Assembly: GCA_963779615.1 (NCBI GenBank) | Contig: CAVZZA010000005.1 | Span: 448,001 to 512,000 of the forward strand | Source of the DNA: an uncultured Nitrososphaeraceae archaeon | GTDB taxonomy: Archaea; Thermoproteota; Nitrososphaeria; Nitrososphaerales; Nitrososphaeraceae | Reading direction: 5' to 3' | DNA: 64,000 nucleotides | Shown here: positions 9,508 through 19,796 of the stretch, in pieces | Position numbering within the stretch: the stretch's first letter is position 1 | Layout: every line of letters starts with the position of its first letter | Notes under the pieces: model-generated | Databases searched by the model: none | Seen by the model: only the letters and a program-made list of their open reading frames with translations | Told to the model about the DNA's origin: nothing | Program-made: the position numbers and the translations under genes

Positions 9508-11037
9508 TTATGTGGTTGAAATATCCTGTTCTAACAGTTTAATGATTGTTCGCACCCCAAAACCAGTCGCGCCTTTTGGATTATAACTTTTTTCAGCGGT
9601 ACCATCCTGGGTCCAGGCAGTACCGGCAATATCAATATGGGCCCACGGTATATCATTAACAAAATGGGATAAAAATGCAGCTGCGGTTATTGCCCCGCCT
9701 GTTCTGCCCCCGATGTTTTTGATGTTCGCAACACTACTTTTTATCAAATCTAAATATTCCTCAAATAAAGGCAATTGCCATATTTTCTCGCCAGTTTCAG
9801 AGGAACTCTGAAGTATCTTTTGTATTAATGGGTCATTATTTCCTATCAATCCCGCCACATTTGCACCTAAAGCAATTATGCATGCCCCAGTTAGTGTTGC
9901 AAAATCAATAATGCATTTTGGGGAATAACGCTCCACACCGTATGATAAAGCATCCGCAAGAATCAGTCTGCCTTCCGCATCTGTGTTTAAAACTTCCACA
10001 GTTTTGCCGTTATGCATCGTTATGATATCACCTGGCCTGTAGGACGAACTTGAGGGCATATTTTCCACTGACGGCACAATACCAACAACATTGATGGGAA
10101 TGTTCAGCATGCTTAATGCTTTGAATATTCCCATTACCGTGCATCCCCCACTTTTGTCAAATTTCATTTCGTCCATCTTTTCACTGGGTTTAATAGAAAT
10201 GCCGCCCGTATCGAATGTGACAGCTTTTCCAACCAAAAGAATGGGTCTGTCGCCTGACACACCTTGGTTATACTCCATTATTATTAATTTTGGCGGGTTT
10301 TCACTGCCCTTACCAACTGCAATTATGCCGTTCAGTCCCAAAGTCTCCATCTGATATTTATCAATGATTTTGACTTTTACTTTGTTTGTGTCCTCAATTG
10401 AAGTGGCAGAGTTTGCAAGGTGGGCGGGATTGGCAACATTGGGCGGGGAGTTTGCAAGGTCCCGGGCATAAAAGACCGCGTCGGCAACTATCGAAGTTTT
10501 TTTTACTATTTGTTCCAGTTCCACATGATTATCTTCAGATACAATATCAATATCACACAAATCAAAGAAACTGGGTTTATTTTCGCCATTACTTTTGTAT
10601 TTGTTAAATTCATAAAGTGAAAGCGAAAGCCCCTCAACAAGGGACTCAACATTACCAACAGTAGGCTCACAAAAATTGGATACCACAACACCAGGTGATG
10701 ACAGTTCCTTGGCCTTCAATGATATTGTTCCACCCAGCTGGCGGATTCTAGAACCATTCAGTTCATTTTGTTTTCCTAATCCCAGCAACAATATTTTGAG
10801 GAATTTATCACCATTGCCGCCTTTATATAGAAATAGCAGGCTTTTCCCAAACTTTTTTAGCGTTTCAGGGGTAGTAACATCAGCGGTATTTATCAGATCG
10901 TTGATTTTTTTCGGCAAATCATTAAAGGGCATTTTTTTCAAATAATCGAGGTTGCTATTATTTTCATATAAACCAACAACCAATAACCTGTTTGTTAGAT
11001 CAACTTGGCTGAAACTTTTAATTGATATCTTAACCAT
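9508..11037 (-). CDS. pepA: Leucyl aminopeptidase (M17)
   Basis: VGKAVTFDTGG, MKFDKSG, NTDAEGRL and DFATLTGA motifs. Confidence 0.96.
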   Translation of the reverse strand: MVKISIKSFSQVDLTNRLLVVGLYENNSNLDYLKKMPFNDLPKKINDLINTADVTTPETLKKFGKSLLFLYKGGNGDKFLKILLLGLGKQNELNGSRIRQLGGTISLKAKELSSPGVVVSNFCEPTVGNVESLVEGLSLSLYEFNKYKSNGENKPSFFDLCDIDIVSEDNHVELEQIVKKTSIVADAVFYARDLANSPPNVANPAHLANSATSIEDTNKVKVKIIDKYQMETLGLNGIIAVGKGSENPPKLIIMEYNQGVSGDRPILLVGKAVTFDTGGISIKPSEKMDEMKFDKSGGCTVMGIFKALSMLNIPINVVGIVPSVENMPSSSSYRPGDIITMHNGKTVEVLNTDAEGRLILADALSYGVERYSPKCIIDFATLTGACIIALGANVAGLIGNNDPLIQKILQSSSETGEKIWQLPLFEEYLDLIKSSVANIKNIGGRTGGAITAAAFLSHFVNDIPWAHIDIAGTAWTQDGTAEKSYNPKGATGFGVRTIIKLLEQDISTT

Positions 11038-11139
11038 GTCGCTATCACTAATAAAAATACATATTTTATAATTACCTATCTAACGCCGGAATAAAAAACA
11101 ACATATAAATAAGTTATCATTATTATTATTACTATTTTT

Positions 11140-11685
11140 TTACTTCCATTTTATTGAACATCCTATTGATGGGTCAAAATCTTTTTCTATTTCCAGTCCT
11201 CTCAATAATTTATTTATGTTCTCTTCCATAGTATTGAAAGATGGTGTCATATTAGGTTCCAAGGCATCGTTAATTTTACCATGGAAAACAAGCCTTTTGT
11301 CCCCATCAAATAAAAACGGATCGGGTGTGCAAACAGCACCGAATTCCTTTGCCACCATTTGGGTATCATCAATCAAATAAGGGAAATTGAGCGAATAATC
11401 TTTTGAAAATTTCACCATATTGTCAAATCCTTCACCTTCATAATCAGGATCGTTACTATCTATTCCAATAACCTGCAAGTCCGCATTACCAAATTTTGAT
11501 TGCAGGTCAACAACATCTTTTATCCTTGCTTTAACGTATGGGCAATGGTTGCAAATAAAAACTACAAGATAGGAACTGGATTTAAAATCCTTCAATGAAT
11601 GCATTTTGTTGTCTACCCCTTTTAGCAAAAACTCTGGAGCCACTGAACCAGCTACCAGTTTTTGAGAGGACAATGTTTTAGCCAT
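11140..11685 (-). CDS. Thioredoxin-like AhpC/TSA family protein
   Basis: FICNHCPYV, AVCTPDPFLFD and C-terminal SIGCSIKW motifs. Confidence 0.92.
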   Translation of the reverse strand: MAKTLSSQKLVAGSVAPEFLLKGVDNKMHSLKDFKSSSYLVVFICNHCPYVKARIKDVVDLQSKFGNADLQVIGIDSNDPDYEGEGFDNMVKFSKDYSLNFPYLIDDTQMVAKEFGAVCTPDPFLFDGDKRLVFHGKINDALEPNMTPSFNTMEENINKLLRGLEIEKDFDPSIGCSIKWK

Positions 11686-11805
11686 AGTGCATTAACGCAC
11701 TTTAAAATAAAATAAATGTTTTCTAAACTTTGGGGTCTTTATTATTGTTCAAAAACAATTTGTTTGCCGTGATCCAGCATGTTTTAGTGTTTCAGAGTGT
11801 TTATT

Positions 11806-13215
11806 TTATTGTTTTGCAGAGCGCCTGCCTATTCCCTTAAATAAACCCGCATCAAAGGAACCATGATTCAACAGGCCCCGACCGTCATATATTGGAGTTT
11901 TTCCCGTTTTTTCTTGTGACAAATCAGAATATTCATTGTGATCTGTGGCCAGTATTATCAAGTCCCGATTCTTAATAGAAAAATCAAGATCATTCGTAAT
12001 CTTGATTGTTTTGTGCTTAGATGCCAATAAGTCGTCTTTTGCTAGCGGGTCATGAATTACGATGTTTGTGATTTTCAATTGTAACAATTTTCTTACCAAA
12101 TCATATGTAGGGGAAAGACGGGTATCTGAAACTCCACCCCTAAAGGCCAATCCCAGAATAGTTATTTTGGGTTTCTTTCTATCTTTTTTCTTTGATATCA
12201 GCCCTAATGCTTTGGATAACGCATAAGACGGCATGCCATCATTTATCACTCTGCCTGTTTTTGTAAGCCTGCAGTCAACCCTGTTTTTACCTGCCACCTC
12301 CAAGATAAACTGAGGATAAACCGGAATGCAAGCCCCACCAACCCCTATACCAGGTTTGTGGATGTGACAAAATGGTTGAGAATTGGCAGCGTTTTGGGCC
12401 TCCCAAAAGTCAATTCCCAATTTTTCACTCAAAACAGACAACTCATTTGCAAGCGCAATGTTAACATCCCTATAGATGCCCTCGAATAATTTCTCAGCTT
12501 CCGCGGTTTCAATCCTGGAAATTATTATAACGCCTTTTTTAAAAAGCATGGAGAATACTTTTTCGGCCAACTCTTCACTGTATTTTTCCAGTCCCGCAAC
12601 AATTCCAGGATGACCTTCCTCTATATCAAAAATTGCGCGGCCCTCATAGATTCTTTCTGGGTTGTAGATAACGAAAAAATCCTTGCCCGCCTTTAATTTA
12701 CTTGTTTTTTCCAACAGTGGGACCAAAAATTTTTCCGTTGTTAATGGAGGGACTGTTGGGTGAAGGGAAACAATGTCATTTTTTTGTAAGCCCATGCCTA
12801 TGGATGATGCGACCTCTTTGACAGCTTCAAGATCCGCTTTTTTATTTTTAATCGATACAGGAACGCAAATCATTTTCAGTTTTGAGTCAGCGGAGGCTTT
12901 GACAGGATCGTCATAAACTACAAATCTTCCATTTTTTATCCCCTCGCTAAAAGCCTCATTCACACCGGGTTCAGGTATGTGCGTAATCCCTTTTTTTGCG
13001 TTTTCTGTCACCTTTTGCGATTTATCGATACCAATTACAGTCATACCAGCCCTAAGCCACGATGATGCAATGGGTGCACCCACATGGCCCAAGCCATACA
13101 CAGCTATAAGATATTCACCAGACTGGAATTTTTTTGCAACTGATCCTGGTGTTTCCAAGTCTAAAGAAATTTTTGATAAGGGCTTTTCCCCATTTTTGTC
13201 TTTCAGTCGTTTCAT
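11806..13215 (-). CDS. Nucleotide-sugar dehydrogenase (UDP-GlcNAc/ManNAc dehydrogenase, WecC-like)
   Basis: YGLGHVG Rossmann motif, NPERI, PGIGVGGACIP catalytic Cys and LGLAFR..DTRLSP. Confidence 0.92.
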   Translation of the reverse strand: MKRLKDKNGEKPLSKISLDLETPGSVAKKFQSGEYLIAVYGLGHVGAPIASSWLRAGMTVIGIDKSQKVTENAKKGITHIPEPGVNEAFSEGIKNGRFVVYDDPVKASADSKLKMICVPVSIKNKKADLEAVKEVASSIGMGLQKNDIVSLHPTVPPLTTEKFLVPLLEKTSKLKAGKDFFVIYNPERIYEGRAIFDIEEGHPGIVAGLEKYSEELAEKVFSMLFKKGVIIISRIETAEAEKLFEGIYRDVNIALANELSVLSEKLGIDFWEAQNAANSQPFCHIHKPGIGVGGACIPVYPQFILEVAGKNRVDCRLTKTGRVINDGMPSYALSKALGLISKKKDRKKPKITILGLAFRGGVSDTRLSPTYDLVRKLLQLKITNIVIHDPLAKDDLLASKHKTIKITNDLDFSIKNRDLIILATDHNEYSDLSQEKTGKTPIYDGRGLLNHGSFDAGLFKGIGRRSAKQ

Positions 13216-13911
13216 AAACTGTTGATTTATTAACTTGTTAACCTGTTATTATATCTTGGTTCCGGTGTCCATCCAAACAGAATTTAAAAAACAATCAAAA
13301 TCAAAAGTAATTTTTTGTTTGTTTTGCAAAGTGTTAATGTTACCATTAAATATGCTGAACATGTTTAAGTGAAATTGCCTTGCAGTCCCTAATAGAGTAT
13401 CCGAATGGAAAGGAGAATGGTGCTGCATGACCAGTGATTACGGCATTTGTGTTTACATCATATTCTGTATCTCTATCAATTTGGGTTTCAAAAAATCTCG
13501 GCTACAGCACAATCAAAAAACTTTAATGCACAACAAGAAATGAGTCCCACAAACAGAATATTAAGAATCCCCGTCATCAGTTCCATTTTACAAGGTTAAT
13601 GTTTTAAAGTTGAAGTTTTGTGGTCAAGGGACACCCTTTACCTATTGACAACCTACCGGCTATGGAGGGAAACAAATCATTCCATGCGAATTGCTTGATT
13701 TTTTGCTAGAATCACCATAACAATAATCATAAATAGTTGTAACAAGTCCAGCAATAATATTTCCACGCATAGACATATTCGCGAAGGCAAAACAAAACAG
13801 AAATAAATAAATAATTAAATTAAATGCATATCCACACTCATCACACAGCATAAAATAATTCTAAAAAGGAAAACAGAAAAATTACAGCTTGTTACATCAT
13901 ATTAATGAATA

Positions 13912-14289
13912 ATGAGCATCGAACTCTACTCGCTAAATATAGCTGGTTCAGAATGGTTCATTCTAATAATTACAGTATTCATTATTCTTGTTCCAACTAA
14001 AATAACTAGCATAACAAAGACCCTTGGCAAAGTAGTTGGTGAATATGAAAAGGCAAAAAATAATCTACTCAATGAAAAAAACAATCTATTACGGCAGACA
14101 ACAACGACAACAGCATCATTAAACCAGCAACAACAAAAATATAGCGGACCGAACATTCAGAGGCCGGTATCGTCTGAACGCGAAAAACTAGAAATAATTG
14201 CCAAATCCCTCAACTTAGACATAGAAAACAAATCTGACGATGATTCGAGAAACCTCATCTCCTCCAGGTTAAAAGAAACCCAAATATGA
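13912..14289 (+). CDS. tatA: Twin-arginine translocase TatA/E family subunit (divergent hinge)
   Basis: GSEW plus TM helix plus amphipathic helix (KTLGKVVGEYEKAK); archaeal-type C-terminal REKLE..A.SL. The canonical FG hinge reads VP here. Confidence 0.7.
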   Translation: MSIELYSLNIAGSEWFILIITVFIILVPTKITSITKTLGKVVGEYEKAKNNLLNEKNNLLRQTTTTTASLNQQQQKYSGPNIQRPVSSEREKLEIIAKSLNLDIENKSDDDSRNLISSRLKETQI

Positions 14290-14387
14290 TTTAAATGATG
14301 CCTGTTTCTTCTGCTTCCGACAACTTCAAAAACTAATCGAGTCCATGCGGATTCCAATAGACAGGAATGATGTCAGGTAACGCTAAG

Positions 14388-14999
14388 CTATTGTGGCGGT
14401 TTTAATAACTCAGCTTCTAGCAATTGCTGGATCAACTGAACCACCTCTTGTTCAATCTGTTGTCTTGGCAGGTTCAGTTTTGACGAGAAGTTATCGGCTA
14501 ATTGATTGATTGTTTTAGTCCCATCACAATTCTGCCAAAAATCTACAATATTGTCGTTTACCATAAAACCCTGTCCCTTTTCATTCACTAACGATAAAGA
14601 ACCATCTTCCTGATTCAGTACCTTTCCGTTTTTTGACGGCATATAGGTATTATAATCAATTTGAAACCTCAGTGTAGGTTTGCCGTATCCTAGTTTTTCT
14701 CGAACAGCAGGGTTCATTTTTTCAATTGACCATGGCGGGTCCCATACAATCTCGACATTAACCGAGCCGATTCCCTCCAGTTTGTTTAAGTATCTCTTAA
14801 CATCACTAACCAAGGTATCATGCAATGGACATCCCCTTGTAGTCATGGTCATTTTGATGTCTACGTTGTTTTTGTCAGATACGCTCACACCATAAATCAA
14901 ACCCAAATCAACTACATTGACTGGAACTTCAGGATCCATGCATTTTCGTAGTTCTGAAAATACCTGTTCTTTTGTAACTTGCTGTTGTGGATTCACCAT
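14388..14999 (-). CDS. DUF59/SufT (MIP18) Fe-S assembly domain fused to a C-terminal PqqD/RRE-like domain
   Basis: DPEVPVNVVDLGLIY, MTMTTRGCP and VWDPPWS indicate DUF59. VNDNIVDFWQNCDGTKTINQL...LIQQLLEAELL matches the PqqD winged-helix pattern. Confidence 0.85.
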   Translation of the reverse strand: MVNPQQQVTKEQVFSELRKCMDPEVPVNVVDLGLIYGVSVSDKNNVDIKMTMTTRGCPLHDTLVSDVKRYLNKLEGIGSVNVEIVWDPPWSIEKMNPAVREKLGYGKPTLRFQIDYNTYMPSKNGKVLNQEDGSLSLVNEKGQGFMVNDNIVDFWQNCDGTKTINQLADNFSSKLNLPRQQIEQEVVQLIQQLLEAELLKPPQ

Positions 15000-15059
15000 T
15001 CAAAGTTTATTGAACTGCTTTTTAAATTTTGTTTATTTGATATTTATAGCCCGCCTGAC

Positions 15060-16124
15060 TCATCCCATGCCAAATGCATCAGAAATGCTTTTTTCGAAAG
15101 GGGGTTTCAAAACTCCCTTTTCCGTTATTATGCCTGTAATCAGGTTTGGTGGAGTCAGGTCGAATGCGGGATTAAAAACTCTAACCCCTTTTGGGGCTAT
15201 TCTTTTACCACCTATTTTAACCACCTCTTCGACAGATCGCTCTTCAATAACAATCTTATCCGGATTATCCTGCTTCAAATCAAAAGTGGAAAGGGGAGCA
15301 GCCACATAAAATGGAATATTGTGTGAATTGGCCAACAGGGCAACCTGATAGGTTCCAATCTTGTTAAACACATGACCTGTTTTTAATATCCTATCTGCAC
15401 CTACTATCACCTTATCAATCATATTGTTCGCCATAAGATGGCCCACCGCAGTATCTGGGATTAAACTGACATCAATTTCATCATGAACCAATTCAAAAGC
15501 GGTAAGTCTCGAACCCTGCATTACGGGTCTTGTTTCTGTTGCAAATACACTTATTTTTTTTCCGGATTCCTTGGCAGATCTAATGACACCGAGTGCGGTC
15601 CCATAAGACACAGTGGCCAACGCCCCGGCATTACAATGGGTCATTATTACATCACCTGTATCAATCAGGGCGGAGCCAAACCTTCCCATATTTTTGTTAG
15701 TTTGTATATCATCATCAGACATTTCTTTAACCAGTTTGACTAAATTTTCTTTAATGTCCTGAACAGTTTCGTGTTTCCCGGACTCTTCCATCATTTTATC
15801 CAAACCCCATTTCAAATTAACAGCAGTCGGCCTGGTATGTAACAAAACCTTATAAGCATTTTCAAGGCTCGACATCAAGCCCTTCTTGTTATCAGAATTA
15901 TCGTTAACAGCACAAAGTGCAAGCCCCATAGCGGCCGCAACACCAATTGCGGGAGCCCCCCTAATGGACAGGTTTTTTATTGCGTCCGCTACATGATTGT
16001 GAGTTTTACAGACAATGTACTCCAGGTTTTCAGGCAATTTTGTCTGATCAATCAATTTGACAGACCCCGATTCCTCATCCCAAGTTACAGTCAATAAGGG
16101 ATTGTTATTATCATTCATAGACAT
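15060..16124 (-). CDS. mtnA: S-methyl-5-thioribose-1-phosphate isomerase
   Basis: IRGAPAIG, TRPTAVNL, THCNAGALAT, ETRP..QGSRLTAFE and NKIGTY motifs. Confidence 0.95.
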   Translation of the reverse strand: MSMNDNNNPLLTVTWDEESGSVKLIDQTKLPENLEYIVCKTHNHVADAIKNLSIRGAPAIGVAAAMGLALCAVNDNSDNKKGLMSSLENAYKVLLHTRPTAVNLKWGLDKMMEESGKHETVQDIKENLVKLVKEMSDDDIQTNKNMGRFGSALIDTGDVIMTHCNAGALATVSYGTALGVIRSAKESGKKISVFATETRPVMQGSRLTAFELVHDEIDVSLIPDTAVGHLMANNMIDKVIVGADRILKTGHVFNKIGTYQVALLANSHNIPFYVAAPLSTFDLKQDNPDKIVIEERSVEEVVKIGGKRIAPKGVRVFNPAFDLTPPNLITGIITEKGVLKPPFEKSISDAFGMG

Positions 16125-16211
16125 GATGTCACATATTGGACAGAGATTATTTATTTCTATTAACTTCGCGATTCAACAAATTTTTCTACTTGGACATCTA
16201 CTTTTTTACGT

Positions 16212-16592
16212 ATGGACAATGAACTGAATGAAATCCTACAAACACCAAAAAGAAAACTTGTTGTTTCCCTATCAGACATTGCATTGAACAAAAATCGTGA
16301 CAATATTGACAACATAGTGTTTATTCTGATGGTGGAGGAATCGCGTGGGGCCGCAGGAGGAAGAGGAGGGGGATCCGGAAACAGGAAAATTGACAAAGTA
16401 ATAGGCTTCAAAACTAACAATAACAACCATATAAAAGTTTTTGAAACAGAAAACGCGGACTTGATTGAAAAATTTGACATACCATATAATGCTGTGGCCA
16501 TGGACATAACTCTGGAATCAGGAGAGCCGCATGTGGTACAAGGCATAGTTGACAAAGAAATGATAAATTCGTATTTGAAAATAATAGAATAG
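16212..16592 (+). CDS. Conserved hypothetical protein
   Basis: 126-aa ORF divergent from mtnA with protein-like composition (EESRGAAGGRGGGSG loop); fills the gap between genes. Confidence 0.7.
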   Translation: MDNELNEILQTPKRKLVVSLSDIALNKNRDNIDNIVFILMVEESRGAAGGRGGGSGNRKIDKVIGFKTNNNNHIKVFETENADLIEKFDIPYNAVAMDITLESGEPHVVQGIVDKEMINSYLKIIE

Positions 16593-16594
16593 CC

Positions 16595-17074
16595 CTACAT
16601 GCCTTTATTTCTTTTAATGTGCACATAGTAAAAGTGTTCACGTTTGCAATTCAATGAACAAAACTCAGATACGCAAATATTTTTGCTCTCAAATCCACAT
16701 TTTATCGGTTCTATGTCATTGAATTTGTTATTGCAGAAAGTGCAAACAAATTCAAGGGAGGGTATTTCTTTTCCTGTAAAATAGGGGCCACACTTTCTTT
16801 TTTCCTTATACCACAGTATTTTATAACTAGTTTTCTCTATAAATGTCATGACTCTGTCATATGCCTCATAAAAACCAGCGGCGTAAAACTGCCTGTAACT
16901 AATGCCCTTTAGGGTCTCTGATCGAATATAGGCCACAATCCATTTTTCCTCTATAGGGGGGTCTAGTCCACACACCACTTCCTTCTCTTCCTCCCAATAT
17001 TCCTCCTCTTTTTTCGTAGAAACATCATCACTGTTGTGATCCTCCTGGTGAGGAGGGAGACCACTGTCATCCAT
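16595..17074 (-). CDS. Hypothetical protein with C-terminal MYND/HIT-like zinc finger, coupled to priS
   Basis: CTFC...C....C..FCSLNC..EH...H pattern; start overlaps the priS end by 8 nt. Confidence 0.7.
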   Translation of the reverse strand: MDDSGLPPHQEDHNSDDVSTKKEEEYWEEEKEVVCGLDPPIEEKWIVAYIRSETLKGISYRQFYAAGFYEAYDRVMTFIEKTSYKILWYKEKRKCGPYFTGKEIPSLEFVCTFCNNKFNDIEPIKCGFESKNICVSEFCSLNCKREHFYYVHIKRNKGM

Positions 17075-18398
17075 TTTGGATCTCTTTTGGATTAATATTT
17101 GCCAATCCTTTACTTATCATATAAACAGCGACAAACTCAGGAACATGGTTTAGGCCGCTGGTTACCTCATATTGGTTTCCTTTAAAAGCAAGAGAAATGT
17201 CAACCATAGAGTTGATGTTTACTTTGGATTTATCAAAAAAACAAGCGTCTTTGAATGGATCAAAAGAATCAAGATTACTGCAAAGAATTTTGGCCAAACC
17301 ACTTTTGCTATTTAACGATCCGTTTAATCGGAATATTCTGTGTATATCCATTGTAACCATGGGATCGATTTTTACGGAAAGCTCTTCGACTGTCTTTGAA
17401 ACTATTTGCTGAAAATCACAATCCCAAGAATTTTCTAGCTTTTCTATTTGTTTAATAAAGGCATTGTCTGCGTTTTTGCCTGAAGAAAAACCAACTTTGA
17501 GTTTTTTTAAAACCCTATCCCTCCAACCCGCATCCAGTAGCTGCTTGTTTTTTAACAGCGGCACAAACTGTTTTTCGTTATTTTTTTTTATTCCCAATGT
17601 TTCCAGTTTAAAACCCTTGCCTAAAAGATAACTTGAGATTTCAGACCGCTCACTGGAAAGCAATCCATAGTAATCTCCATCTGCGATATGCAAATGAAAT
17701 CCATTGTTGCCTGAAAAGTATACGGATATGACCTTATTGCTTATTCCGAAATCCTCAGTTAAAAATTTTATTAGCTTTTTTACCTCCTTTTTTAAAAGAA
17801 ACACACAACTTTTACACGGGATATCAATAACGAATAATTTGGAGCCACTGCAATTACTGCATTTGTCAGAAATGCCACCATGTATAAAACTACAAGCATG
17901 GCATTTTGTATAATTATGTTTTAAGGCACAATCAAGATGCAGGTCCTTCCCATCAATATCAAATATCAGTTCTGAACCATGCCATTCTTTTTTATCCATA
18001 GGATCGCTTGGGTTTCGATAAAAAGAGGATGAACAATAGACATCAGAAGGGGAAAACTTCAAAACAAAAGCATACAGTTCGCCGGGATTGCTAAATGACA
18101 GGTGACGGTACATTTTTTCGTCATAGTATCGGAAACCAAATTCACGCTGGTTTATCTTTTCAGGTAAACCAACATTTGCAAAATACCCAAAATAATATTT
18201 TTTAAAAGTTTTTTTTAACCATAGTTGGTCATTGCCATTGTTGGCATTCGAACCTTCATATTGCGTTTTTGCATTGGTGTCCCCTATTTCTTTCTCTTTT
18301 CCTTTCTCGCCCTCTTTTGCAGTATCAGAAATACCAGTTAAGTCACTTGTGCTGCTGCTGCTGCTGTCGTATGGAAGGATCATGTTAATTATTATCAT
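17067..18398 (-). CDS. priS: DNA primase catalytic subunit PriS
   Basis: QREFGF, ELIFDID, FSGNNGFH and IDPMVTMDIHRIFRL motifs, plus a Zn-knuckle insertion. The true start may be a few codons downstream. Confidence 0.95.
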   Translation of the reverse strand: MIIINMILPYDSSSSSTSDLTGISDTAKEGEKGKEKEIGDTNAKTQYEGSNANNGNDQLWLKKTFKKYYFGYFANVGLPEKINQREFGFRYYDEKMYRHLSFSNPGELYAFVLKFSPSDVYCSSSFYRNPSDPMDKKEWHGSELIFDIDGKDLHLDCALKHNYTKCHACSFIHGGISDKCSNCSGSKLFVIDIPCKSCVFLLKKEVKKLIKFLTEDFGISNKVISVYFSGNNGFHLHIADGDYYGLLSSERSEISSYLLGKGFKLETLGIKKNNEKQFVPLLKNKQLLDAGWRDRVLKKLKVGFSSGKNADNAFIKQIEKLENSWDCDFQQIVSKTVEELSVKIDPMVTMDIHRIFRLNGSLNSKSGLAKILCSNLDSFDPFKDACFFDKSKVNINSMVDISLAFKGNQYEVTSGLNHVPEFVAVYMISKGLANINPKEIQNG

Positions 18399-19455
18399 CC
18401 ATTCCTCTGCTTCTTCTTCCCCTCAGTAACTGAATAGGGTTGATGATGCCTTTACACACTTCAGTTTCATAACACAAATTTTCCAATTTTATTTTTTCAC
18501 ATGAAGGAACGAAATATTTTTTTGAACCACCCTTTTTCCCCGACAAATGTTCAAGTTGATATCTGGTTATTCTCTCGTTAAAGTCAGGCAATTTCTTGAA
18601 AATCTCCACTATTTCTTCAATGCTTTTACCTGAAAACAACAAAAAAGTCGCCAATAACAATCTCGCAGAATGTGGCAAATTTTCCCCATTGTTCAAAATT
18701 TTATAAAGGTGATCGATACATGGAGGGGTTACAGCGTGTTTATTCACAAAGCCGTCGTCGGCGCCAGCAGAATCAGACCACCTTTTATTGACAGACTCCC
18801 AGTAACTTTTTAAGTATTGTGATTTATTTATCACCTGATTAGGAAATGTAGCTAATTTCATATTTTTGATTTTATCAACAATTATCAGACTTAGTTCGTT
18901 TCTGAACAATCTCACCACCTCAGTAACGGTGAGATATACATATCCATCCTTGACCGTCCTGTTTATTAACTTCCATTCCTGTTCATGAAAAACGATAGAA
19001 CGCCGGATATATTCAATAACCCTAATCTTGTAAAACTCGCTGATTTTAGTTTCAGAATACACATCAATTTTAAAAACTTCCTTGAAAATTTTAAACAATA
19101 CCAACCTTTTTTTCTCGTCCTTAAAGGAATTTTTTAAATCATCTATGAGGTATTTTTCAAACCTCATTGATTCCAGTAATGCAAACTTTTTTGTTATCAC
19201 ATCAACTGAAACTGATTTCAAAATCAACAAAGATGCCAGAAATGTCAAAATCTCGACCTCAAACTTTTCCAGATTGTAGTTTGATTCCCCAACTTTTAAA
19301 AAATCTTCAATCTTTTTGAAAGATCTGTTTATTATATAATCCATTTCACCTCTGTCAAATTCTTGTAAATCAAAATGAGTTTCTTTAACATATAAGGCAG
19401 CTTCATTCAGAAAAGGATATTTGGCTAAATCATTCGTACCTAGTTTTATAGACAA
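18385..19455 (-). CDS. priL: DNA primase large subunit PriL
   Basis: LAKYPFL N-terminus and Fe-S C-terminal domain PPCI...LPHSAR...PSC...C....C..NP. Confidence 0.93.
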   Translation of the reverse strand: MSIKLGTNDLAKYPFLNEAALYVKETHFDLQEFDRGEMDYIINRSFKKIEDFLKVGESNYNLEKFEVEILTFLASLLILKSVSVDVITKKFALLESMRFEKYLIDDLKNSFKDEKKRLVLFKIFKEVFKIDVYSETKISEFYKIRVIEYIRRSIVFHEQEWKLINRTVKDGYVYLTVTEVVRLFRNELSLIIVDKIKNMKLATFPNQVINKSQYLKSYWESVNKRWSDSAGADDGFVNKHAVTPPCIDHLYKILNNGENLPHSARLLLATFLLFSGKSIEEIVEIFKKLPDFNERITRYQLEHLSGKKGGSKKYFVPSCEKIKLENLCYETEVCKGIINPIQLLRGRRSRGMDDNN

Positions 19456-19554
19456 TTTATCTTAATATAATATTACATTCATCAATTAAGGATTTTTGTC
19501 AATAAAACAAATAAATTTAGAGAATATTAAATATTGATGGTAGTAGATAGGTTT

Positions 19555-19713
19555 ATGGAGAAATTACAATTATCAGAGCCTTGCAAAAATCTAAAACATT
19601 CAGATTGCAAAGAATGTATGTGTAATTGTCATGTGCCAGGCACAATGGAAAACCTGGCTAGAAAGATATCTTTGCTTGACAAAACACAGCCAGGGTTTGG
19701 AGAAACCATATAG
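19555..19713 (+). CDS. Small Cys/His-rich protein (52 aa), not in the ORF track
   Basis: Hand translation: MEKLQLSEPCKNLKHSDCKECMCNCHVPGTMENLARKISLLDKTQPGFGETI*. Contains C-x4-H-x2-C-x2-CxCxCH; ATATTAAATA box about 25 nt upstream. Alternative in-frame ATG at 19537. Confidence 0.65.
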   Translation: MEKLQLSEPCKNLKHSDCKECMCNCHVPGTMENLARKISLLDKTQPGFGETI

Positions 19714-19796
19714 CATAAAAAAATTAAAGCGCCAGCAGCAGGCAACTACTTATCATCAACTCCAATCCAAAACAAAAAATCAATTATTTTAAGCCG

